Shown here one piece after another: positions 27,801 through 39,800 of a DNA stretch of 64,000 bases. The notes under the pieces are model-generated. The model was given only the letters and a program-made list of their open reading frames with translations. It searched no databases and was not told the DNA's origin. The position numbers were made by a program, and so were the translations under genes. The first letter of the stretch is position 1. Every line of letters starts with the position of its first letter. This DNA comes from Tubiluchus corallicola (Eukaryota; Animalia; Priapulida): the NCBI GenBank assembly GCA_030141605.1, contig JAQGDQ010000337.1, forward strand, positions 62,001-126,000, in the 5' to 3' direction.

Positions 27801-30800
27801 TTCAAAATAGTATTTTTAAACAAATGTTTCTGAAGGATTACTGTGATGTTGAAGTAACCAATGGCATTTGTTGTAAAAATGTTCGGCAGTTTTGGCTCAA
27901 CCATCTTAGGCCTAAATGCAATGCCATGCTCCAACAAAAGTTCAGACCCTGAATTACCAAATCATGGTAGAGCATTAAGAATCAGCTATGCTGGTGTTAG
28001 AAGCAAGGAGTCACTAATGCAGATTGGCTTTTGTCAGAGATTTTTGTTGACAACACAAACAATCCGATGAGTCTGTAATATGATTAGACAACATAGCATT
28101 GTACTGAGCTTTACCGAATCACCAGGAATACTGGTAAACCTGCCTAGCTTTTCTCATCTACTCTTGGTCAGCACCGGTCCACTTATGCCAATGGTTTTCT
28201 ATTTGGCGATAACATTTTTCATACCAAGGTTTTGAGAATTTGGTATTTTTATGCAACATTATTTTATTTGACAGAGAATAGTTGTGTATTCCACATTATG
28301 TTATAAATTCAAAGCAGAAGACCACTATAATAGTTGCACAGTTGGTAACACATTGTTGTACAGTAACAGCAGTTTCTAAGCCATAGAGAATTGAGCTTTG
28401 AAAGTAGATGGCAGGTAATCTTCGATTACCACAATGATCGGAAGCACCAACTAGATTTCTGACACTTTCAAAGATCCAGTTAAAAAACATTTTTTTGACA
28501 CTGTCAGAAAGAGAAACGTTCAAAAGTGTATCGTGTTTTCCATCATTTGTTGTTCAAATCGGTTCAGTCTACTGCTAACTGGTTCACTAAGAACAAGAAT
28601 AAAATCATTTTCTCATACGGGATTTGCCCCATATGTAAATAGTAATCGTAATACCTGTGCAAGCTGAGGTTGTTTATTACCTGCTGCAAGAAACCTATAT
28701 CTTGGAATATATCGATATGTAATTTACAATTGTACTCAACAGTGAAACCTGTCCCGATGGAAAGTAAGTATTTTGCAGCATTTTGAGATTACTGAGTTTG
28801 TTGTTTATGTTTCGTCAATTTAAGCCAGGTTTTCATGGGGTTAGTGACTTTGGCAGTCCAACAGTGACTGTTAAATCCAACAGTCGGCAAACACGTGCCG
28901 AACAGACACAAAACAGATTGCAGTTGTTCGGTTGTTCGCAGTTGTCGAAGAGAAATCACTGGCTTTAAAAAAATGTTTAAAATGTTTAAGGTTTGATGCC
29001 AAAGTCGCAAAACTTGCACTTCGCGAAAACTTGGTAAAGCTGTCTTAAAGTTGTCGGAAGATTTGTCAAACTTTTGCAGAGTTTGTCACAAATTATTCCT
29101 GGCATTCGTCAACAATTTTGAGATCAGCAAAAACTTGGTGATGCTTTTGCTCATATTGCGAGGAGTTTGCAACTATTTTTCGACCACTTCGCGACATTCT
29201 GGTGAACCTCGGTTATCCTGCACTTTTTTTGGGAATTCTGGAAAAATGATAGCAAAAAATACTTGCCTTGTCGCGTAAGTGCCGCAACAGTTGGCAAGTA
29301 TGCACAAATACGTTGTGCGAAACTCATGCGACATTCTTACGATTTTTGCTCGAGAAAAACGTCTGAAATTCACAAAAATGTGGCGAAAGTCGCGCGAACT
29401 TTGCAACAATGATTGGGGGAGTATTTTGGTAACTGTTTGATTTTCGATCATAGCAAAAATTTAGCAGCCCTATGATACCCTGGCTTTACTATTCTTATGA
29501 TCTACTAACAAGTTAATTATGAAAATTGTCCTTTAAAATACAGGAGCACAATTGTCACTTTTGTAAGATTAGTACAGTAAACTGGAACGTTAAGTCTACT
29601 CACTCGCTCTTCGTGGACGACGACACACCCCGACAAAGCACCGCCTAGTGGCAGAATTTTTATCATGGGCTTGTAAGCACCCATTGTAGTCGGAAAGACG
29701 TCGAAAAGATCCACATACATAACGTTTTGCTTATCCATGAATATGGTGTGGAGACTGACCGGATTACAGGTGGCAATGTGGATTAAATCAGCTTCTTCTC
29801 CTGTACGAATAAATAAGTAACATTAAATAAAAGAACCCGGAATTCAAAGAATTCAGAGATTACTGTGGGCAGGCTGCAGAAAAATTGTGTTTGATTAATA
29901 AAAAAAATTGGAATAACAGGCATTAGGCTAAAACAATGCCTGGCCACATAAAAAACTACTTTGGCTGTAAAATTTAGCTAACAGACTTTTTACAACTGAC
30001 ATGTGACTAGGGGAGGATATATATCAGTGTCAAAACTGTTTGTTTCAAACCTAGATGTTACACCTTCAATAAATTATGTTTAAACCAAACCAAAACGTAT
30101 CTATATTACTACCATAGGCACTCTGTATTGTGAAATATGAAACAGTAAATCATATAAACTTGTAAATCTTGCAGAAAAGAAATCATCCAATAATAACACA
30201 ACAATGAAATAACTTGGCCATAAAATATCAACATACAAACACAACAATAACAACAAATAAAAATAACGTTAGCATAACCACGTTCATTTTATTATATCAC
30301 AGATCAAAAACACACATTTCAGACTTTTTCCATTATCAATCAAGAATTAAGATTCTGCAAATAAAAATCATTGTCATTGCTACAAAGGAAAAAATATCAT
30401 TAGTTCTTAGTCTAAGTTCATACAACATTAAGCAAAGGCTGATGTGGACACGTCTCTATAGACCAGAGGTGTGCAAATTACCTCACTAGCCAGGCCACAT
30501 TAAACTTTCCAGCAATTCCTGCGGGCCACAGGCAGTTTCATCAAGGAGCCAAGTACGGAAAGGCCTAATAACAATTTTTTTGCATCCGACCTGCGTACAT
30601 CATTACTACTACACTCAAGAAAATATTTTAGAAGTTATTAAAATTTATATTACAAACCATATATTTCTACTTTCAGGACAGATAGTGGTAATTTCATTAC
30701 AATGCATATTAGTAATGTGTATTACACAGTTTGTGTAGTACAGTGTTATTAAGCTACAACCGTCTTGTAAGGGTTAATGAAATCCGATCTAGTAGAAAAA

Positions 30801-33800
30801 ACTACCCGCACTATTTTTGGGATCGTGGCACGGACTTCAGCTGGATACACTCAATTAATCGACCGGGCCGCACTTTCATTACGTTGACAAACCTTTTCGC
30901 GGGCCGCACAAATTCTGTCGGCGGGCCGCAAGTGGCCCGCGGGCCGCAATTTGCACACCCCTGCTATAGACTGTCAATGAGAAACAGGATTACCAAGCAT
31001 TTATACTAGAATACAGTAGAAAATGAATCAGTTAAAGTAATTTAAGCAAAATAAGCTAGTCTAAATGATCCTACGGGGGTGTTTCTACTACAGTATGAGG
31101 CGAACGATATGAAATGAAAACAAATAATCGGAATGTTAACTATGACAGTAACAGAAAGAAAATGGCAGCCGATTCTTAGCATAGCATAGAACTAAGTGGG
31201 GAAGTGAGTTATTAACTTAAACTTGGGAACTCGCGAATCAGATTTGCGACAATTGCCGCTAGGGTTGAGCATCGAACGGTCGAGTTTGAACAAGTTTTTT
31301 TAAGTTCGAATTCGATTCGAACCTAAAATTATAGATTCGAATAATTCAGCACTTCAGCCACATACGTTCTTTATCATTAAAATGTTTGAAACAGCAAGCA
31401 ATTAGCGCAATTTAGCTGCAGTTTCTGTGCAAAACTTTTAACAAACTAATGGTGGTTTTACTGCAGAACAAAATCAAGTAATATGCACGATCTTTGTACG
31501 ACCACTTTTTATTAGTGGTTCGAAAACTTGTTCGAAAATGTTTCAAACTCAATTCGAATTCGATTCAATACTGAAATTCGGTTCGATTCAAATTCGAAAG
31601 TCACAAATTCGATTTGATTCGAATTCGCTTTCTGGTAGAGAGTGCTCACCCCTAATTACCGCAGAACTGATGAACTCACGAAAACTCAGAACTCCTCACT
31701 GTTACAAGGCAATCGTCTCAAAAGTTTCCTAGCGTTAAAAATTGGTAAACTATCAACTTGTGAATCAACAAAAACCGCATGTGTGACACTATCATCCTAC
31801 TTCAGTTGATAACAAAATAATCTAACTTTGACTGACTAAATTATTTTTGTTATAACATTGTATGTTACCTGCCAATGGATGATAGAACTAATTGCAGAAT
31901 TATAATCACTGTTGCTTATTTCAAAATCACATCAAACTTAAAAGGAAAAAAACAATAATTCTTTATGGGTGGCAACAATGGCCAAAAATGCTCAGTTTTA
32001 AGTATTTTAGTAGAACAATTTTTTAATGTCGTTTATCTTTATTTTAGGTGTGATAACATCGTTTGTCTTAATGAGGAATGGTGTTGAATTATATGAAGGC
32101 TTAACCTATAGTTATGCTGACTCTAATAATGTACAGCCGTACAAGGTGTACATATACAATTTAAAAGCTTGCACAAAAGCAGGCTGCACTGTTAGCGTGA
32201 CATGGTCGTCCTACTTCAGTTGATAACAAGATAATCGAACTTTGATTGAATAGATTCCCGATTTAATTGCAATAATGTATGTGAGATTCACGCGGCAACA
32301 AAAACTGTAATCAAACAAAATATTGTTAAGGTATTTAATGCTAAGTTTAGTTGGTTGGTGGCAACATTTGCTATTATAGTATAAATAACACATGATTACT
32401 GAACAACTATGTACATTTAAAAAAAACCTATACCTATAGTAACAGCGACATCACAGACTATGTTTGTCTCGTGCATGCTAATGTTCCAGTACGACTGCTG
32501 CTCAGAAAATTTCGTTGACCTGGCGTCCACTCGGTCCAGCTTGTACATGCGCGACTCGACAGGAAGTGGTTTCTTTTTGGTACAAAAAAACACATTTTAA
32601 TACACTACTCACTTGTTTTATACTCACAGCAACTACTCAGAATGTGAATTTTTCCATGTACAATTTGCTACACTGCAAGCTAGCATCCTTTGCATTCAAC
32701 GAGACGGCCTTACTTTACATTGATGTTTGTGGAGAGACCAGAACCTAGCTCATTATTAAGGCTGATCGTCTAAGATGATCCACTGAAGTACTAGGCTACA
32801 TTCAGATGTAAGTACATTCTATATAGGCTGGTGAGGTGAGAATCGTATGATGTAAGTACATTCTATATAGACTGGTGAGTTGAGAATTGTATGATGCAAG
32901 CACATTCTATATAGACTGGTGAGTTGAGAATTGTATGATGTAAGTACATTCTTTATAGATTGGTAAGTTGAGAATCGTATGATGTAAGTACATTCTATAT
33001 AGACTGGTGAGTTGAGAATCGTATGATGCAAGTACATTCTATATAGACTGGTGAGTTGAGAATCGTATGATGTAAGTACATTCTATATAGACTGGTGAGT
33101 TGAGAATCGTATGATGTAAGTACATTCTTTATAGATTGGTAAGTTGAGAATCGTATGATGTAAGTACATTCTTTATAGATTGGTAAGTTGAGAATCGTAT
33201 GATGTAAGTACATTCTATATAGACTGGTGAGTTGAGAATCGTAGTTCTGGAACACAGAAGATAAGCAGCATTCTTGTAATTAAAGGACATCCTCTATCAT
33301 TAATTTGCACTGTTTTTTTGGCAAACACTTTTTTGAATGTCAGTGCCACTGTAATCAATACAAAAACTATTTATAAAATTCCAAAGCTTAATATGTGTAA
33401 ATAGATATACAAGAAATCCATAAATTTCAGGATCTGGCAATCACTGGTTATTTAATTTCAAAAAATACTGCTCTGTTATAATAACTTTTAACAAATCCAC
33501 CTCATCAATTTCCTGATAATACTTTGTTGATTGCATAACACAGCAAGAACCTTACAACTGGATCCTGCATTTTAATAAACATTATTTTTGTTGGTTACAG
33601 CGGCGTTGACAATGGCAAAAGTGTTTTCCGGAATGTTGGAAGTCAATAATAAAATATATCAGTGATTACTTGGCTAGCCTGCTTGTGATCTCCTTTATAC
33701 ACATCCTCTCCCTACAGGTAAACAGCCAGAATCGGTATGGCAAATCAAACTGTCAGGAGTGAATGTTGAACTAAGGCAGTCACAAGCCATTCATAGAGCA

Positions 33801-36800
33801 TTGTCAGTGTTGTTTAACTTTGTTAAAACAGCATATCCCCGTGGCCAACTTGACCATTCGGTTAGCCTCACAAATAATTATTAAGATCTTAAGTGACACC
33901 CGCACCAAAGTATTTGTAAAAACAGCTTGGATAGTCTAGTAGAAATATTGGTTGCTAGTATTAATTTGATGTCAGAGACATGGAGCCAAATTAAAAACCT
34001 GGTTACGTATTTTTGCAAAGGCTGTACCTTTACAAATTTTGATATCAAAGAAAAGGTATAAAATTAGACATTGCATTTGTATTTCTACAAGGGCTATACG
34101 TTTTAGGATATTTTACATATGAAAACGTCAAAGTTTGAATCGTTCTCTGCTAGTAAATAATTAAAAAACAATTCCGGTTTATTTGCTTCTACGAAGGAAA
34201 AATTTCTGTCATTTTCAATATCTCACATGGCTTAGAAGTACAGTGTCATAATTTTTACCAATGACTGCATTTATAAGTGCAAATAGTTCAGGTTGAAATC
34301 AGAAACTAATAGTATTACCCCCCCCCCCCATGATTAGTTCAGACACGACAAGCTTTTTAAACATGACCTAAGCTGCACCACGATAATACCTAAATGAATG
34401 GCATTTCCCCATTCTTTCACTCTGACTGACTTCATAGCCAATTTTAAGCAGTAAACTAAGCCTTTCTTCGTTCACTTTCCCATAACAACTAATGTTTTTC
34501 TCCAGGTAATTTGAAAACTTGAGAAAACCAAAAGCTGGGAAACTTATGTCGCTATTTTGAAAATGCATAGTTTAAAATTAAAGACTGATATCGTTTGCAC
34601 ACAACATAAAAGATATTTAGCATGTCCTTGTGTACAACTTGCGATAGGATGAATGTTTTGTATATAAATTAGGATAAGGTATTTTTGTGTGGCTGCTGCA
34701 TCACAGTACAATCGTGAAAAGAAATCCTTTTGTCAATGATTTGACATTTATAGAGAACTACATGAGAGATGGGAATAGTCTAATGGTCAAGCTGTATGCA
34801 TAGCGACCAAAGCTAAAAAGTGCCTGGTCAGTAAGTAGATGGGTGACCAACAGGTTCAATCATTGCCCTTGCAGCTACATTAGACATGCTGATTTGGGGT
34901 ATTCTTCCTACTCAGGGAAGTTGTGTTACATCTGAGCATGGTTAAAATGTGTCTGTCGGTTTAATGTGGCATATCAGAGGCTTAGTTTTGATAATGTGCT
35001 CAGTTTCGGTCCCGCCACAACCTTTCACATTAATTACGGCTGCCATCAAATCCCGAATTCTAGTTTGCAGTGTGTCGTACTGTATATAAGAAATACATGT
35101 ACCTTTATCGTTCAAGTGCACTTTTTTATGTAACTGAGTGACACTTTGAGAGCCCCATTGCCTTGTTTGTGACAATTTTCTTTAAATATTTCCACAAATA
35201 AAGATTACAAACTTTGCTTGCCTTCACCGTGAGCTCTCGTATTTCCACCGGGCACAAATTTGCTCCAGGCTGGGAAGTCATGTTCCAAATACTAACTATT
35301 TTGGGTGCTGGTAGTGGTAGCCTAGAGAAAAGGAATGGAAGGAATAGATTAAATAATGGCAGCCATTAAATGATGAAGTCAAAATTACACTTCATTTGAA
35401 AGTCCTAAATGGAAAACAAAAAACTACGAGAAAAAGACAAAAAACTTTGTGTCACAAATTTTAAAATGTTTATTTACAATATTACAAATTACAAAGCAAA
35501 AACAAACTAGTAAAATTACCTTTAATCAGAGTATTTTCACTTAATATTCCACGTGCTGAAGAATAAGAGCTTTACATGGTAGCTAATAAAATGATTCAAG
35601 TGTGAAAGAAGACACACGTCTGTTAATTTGTGCATTACTAAAACAATTTTTAGATTAGATTGACATGTTTGGACACTATGTTCTGTTCTCGCGTAAAATC
35701 AGCAAAATCAAGCTTTATTCATAAAAGTGATTGAAATACGGTAGGCGTTGCTTAATAGACTCACTTTGGGACTGAAGTGTGTTGACCCAGTTAACCGACT
35801 GAACCTATTAACCGATGCTATACCAGTAGTAAGAGTCATCAGTTTAGTAGAAAAGTCATGCGATGCAAAGGTTTTAAATGAATTCTAGACACGAAACAAT
35901 GTCTAAATTGCTCTGCGCAGTTTAATTTTTTTTTAAATTTTTCAGAGTAACAGAATCAAAGCAAAACCGCTCATGCTAGCGTATTAGCACATGATAAACG
36001 TACCTGCTTACAAACAAAACGGTACCTAACATGGTTGTTTCTGCGTATATTATAGTGCGCAAAAGCCAACTGAGATAACATGTAGTAAAAGGTTCAATTA
36101 AAGTAGTAAAGGGCTCACTGGTCACATGAAAGTGTTTTATTGAAGCACGTGAAGTAAAAATGTTGAATCAATTACCGACAGTTTTAACATACATTTGAAT
36201 AGGAGAGGTTCGTATCAAACGTTTTTGAGTCAATTAAGCGGTTGAGTCTATTAAACGTGAGACTAATAAACGGCACATACTGTAATTATAAAAGCACGTG
36301 TTTGTTTTCTTTTGAACTGATATTCCATTTTCTACTCCTTTTCTTGCAAAAAGGTTATAATTAAAATTTAATTTGACAGAGACATTTACACATTGAAAGT
36401 CGTAAGTAAAGCAATCTACTGGTTAAGGTTAAAAGTTTATCTTCCATAAATTTATTACACAGTCAGAATTTCGTTAAGTACTTACTTAAGCAGACGGCTA
36501 ACGAGTTAAGATCAAATGTTTCATTAAACATTTAAAACATTTTATTACTGTGAAAAATAAAAAATTCAATGTTGCATTGATTGAAATATAAATGTACAAT
36601 TTCCTCTTGATTAGAATCAAGTTTTTGGCAAAGTCAAAAAAAAAGGTGAAATCTTGAGAGAAACCTTACTCGGCTGCAAGTGTGACATCTTGAGTCTTGG
36701 CCCCGATGGGAATGCCATGTTTATGCATTGTATTGATCACTGATTCTTTCACTTCTTGATTGTACTGGTCAAAGTCAAAAACGTTTCTTACGACGCTAAC

Positions 36801-39800
36801 CAAACCTTCGTCTGGAAATTTCTGTAAAGAACAATAGTATGTATAAAAACTTCTGCTATGACTTCTAATATGCGCAAAAGTTTCAAACTGGCACATTTTT
36901 GACTAAAGCAATCCATTTGTAATTTCACAATATGCTAATGTAAGGAATAAAACAGTACAAGCAGTGGCATATTAACCAATAGATTAACTAGGCTAAAGCC
37001 TAGGGCGTCACATTTTAGGCGTCCAATTTTAAAAAATTCTTATTCTCCTTGGAAAATGTGTATCGGTTCATATTCATGTAAAGCAAGCATTGTGTAACAC
37101 ACCACAGGCAGTTACTGAGTGCAGTTCTTATATAAAGCCGCCTAAAGAACAAGTACACGGTACTATAGTTGACCAGCGACCACGGCGCTGTTCATACATA
37201 CATAATTACAATGACCGCGTAAAAACTAGGCTAATATTATCACCACAAGTGATTGTTTAATCTATTCAATCAAATTTGGGAATCAATCATAAATTCCTCA
37301 CAAGAGATAGGCGGGGCGGATCTACCAGCCTAGGGCGTCATGAAGTCTTAATACGCCCCTGAGTACAAGATGGTGATTAAAGCTAAAAAAATTGCACCTT
37401 TGTTTACTTGTGCAAGAAAGGATAAAATACTTGGAGCATAATCACAAGAATAGAAAATGTAATTGTAATAAATTCGTTATGTTATCAGCAAATGTCATTT
37501 AACAAAAACAAGCTCTTAGGAATGAACTAGGTAGAAATCTTCTTTCAGCACAAGGAATGGAACATTCTCCCGTTATATCAGCTCATTGGCTTCTAAATGT
37601 CAATAGTTTGTTAATAGTATCCTCTCCTTTTCATCTTTTTATCCCAAACATTCCTAGATATAGAATAGCTATTTAAAAATTCAATTTACCCTCGGGTCTC
37701 TTACTTGTGGAATTCTTTACAAGTAAAATTCGTTTTACTGTTAACTACAAGCACAGCATCAACAGGTACCTATCATTAGAAAATTAGTTACAAAAATTCT
37801 ATTTTTCTGAACATGTATTCATATGTTCACCACTGCATGGTAGTGGCTTACTTCGAGCGACTCACAGATTTGTTTGTAACAATTCACGTAAAAAATCGGT
37901 ACCGTCAGTGGTGACGAAACTAGAGGTAATAGTTTTCACCTACCCTGTGGGCTACTTAGCGCGAATGAAAAAAATAAACAATACTAGTGCCTCGATAACA
38001 CACTGCAATTGTAAATAAATTTGCTTTGATAATTTTGTTTATCTGGAAAGAAAAGGAAGGTAGGGTATTTTAATATTTCTCGTAAAACTCAACGACAGTA
38101 TCAAAGCCACAAACTACCAGACAAAAAGCAAGTACTTTGCCATGGAGACTGTGGCAAAAAATCTTAAGCCTATCATACACCAGAGCATCCAAATAAGACT
38201 GAATATGATTAAAGTTAAAGGGAACTACAAGAATGAGTTTAAGGATCAGTTATTATGCCCAGTGTGTGAGGAAGATGATGACACTACTGAACATATGCTT
38301 AGATGTTACAGATATGGAGAATGGAAAAAAATTTTGAACTCAGATGTATTAATGAACAGTGAAAAGGAAGGTTTGCTAGAAATCAAAAATCTTGTGAACG
38401 AATGTATGGAATACAGGATAAAGACAAATAAAGACATTAAACTTGGAAAAGACAACTAAACAACTAAAAGATCAGCGTTATAGAAGAATAGACTTTGCAC
38501 CCTATAAAGGTGCCCGCCTCTGATAGGTGGAGAGAGTCGAGTATCGTAATCGCAAAAAAAATCCAGCAACTATTGTCTAATTGTTGGCTTTTAGCATCCC
38601 GTGTCTAATGTCCCCATGACAGCAAGTTAACAACAAACCATCCAGCATCTCTTCGGCTAAGTGATTTAGTCAGTTAATTGGGTCAAAATACTTCCATCCC
38701 AAATATCAAAATACGCCACGCCTACTGTAGTACAATTTGAAGGTAACCACAAATCAATGAATCAGCAAGATAATGCTTTTGAGCATAAACTACTACGTAG
38801 TGAAATTTTAGCACTGCAGATTGGTAGGGCTTGGACGGCTAGCTTTGATGTTGCAAAAATCAATATTTTCATAGCAGCAGACAAGTTATTGAACCAGATC
38901 ATCACAATAACACATAACAACTACTGCATATGCATATACACACAGACGTTCTGTCACTACCAAGTTTTTGGTATAATGCAGCACGTAAGGACAAACTACA
39001 GTATATACAAGCAAATAATAATTACAGTGTAATTTTGATGAACATCAGAATGTGGTACAAGAACTGTCGCATGGACTCTGCATTGAGCTGCTTCAACTGG
39101 TGTAAAAATATCGGCTAATGTTTATCTAAACTATTAAACTGCATTGATTCTGATTTTTTTAAAAAAAATAACGAACCTGTAGATGTCGAATGATGTTAAC
39201 AACTTCTCGCGTTGAATACGGATACGAGATAAGTCCTTGGTCAGCCATGCTTCTCAACTCTCCAAAAGCCAGCACGAGTTTTTGCAAAATGTCGTCCGGC
39301 ACGTCTGGCCCGTACTGCTTCAACATCTCAACTTCCGATGCAATGTCCGGGTTGTCTACAGCGTGGCAGCTGTAAATATCACCTGAAAATTTACAAAACA
39401 CATTATCATAATCTTACATATAAAAATTTTACAATTAGCGACTCCAAACTACGATTGAAAGGTCATTGAAAGACGCATGCAGAAAATGATGATAAATAAA
39501 CGCAAAGCTTATCAATTCTTAGCGACACAAGTCAAATTGCACTGTATAATATTAGACAGCTGAGCGTTTGTCGCAAAATAGAGAAAACATTTGAAGCAAG
39601 GAGTCTACAAAACAAAAAAATCTTAGTATGAGATGTGAGTAATTAGTTTTCATGAAAGAAAAACTAATAAACTACATCTTAATTATAATTATAAGTTAAA
39701 GTCACACTGCAATTAGGCCAGTAATTATAATTATAAGTTAAAATCACACTGCAATTAGGCCAGCAATTATAATTATAAGTTAAAGTCACACTGCAATTAG

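Noticed and set aside
28743-28763. Plus-strand CAG...GTAAGT bounded 21 nt (ETCPDG)
   Set aside because: Too short to identify and no partner exons; downstream of the lectin poly(A) signal.
31667-31690. CTGATGA...GAAA hammerhead ribozyme-like core
   Set aside because: No stem II base pairing and no flanking stems I and III visible.
32819-33255. Repetitive ORFs (MYLHHTILNSP...)
   Set aside because: Translations of the 44 bp minisatellite.
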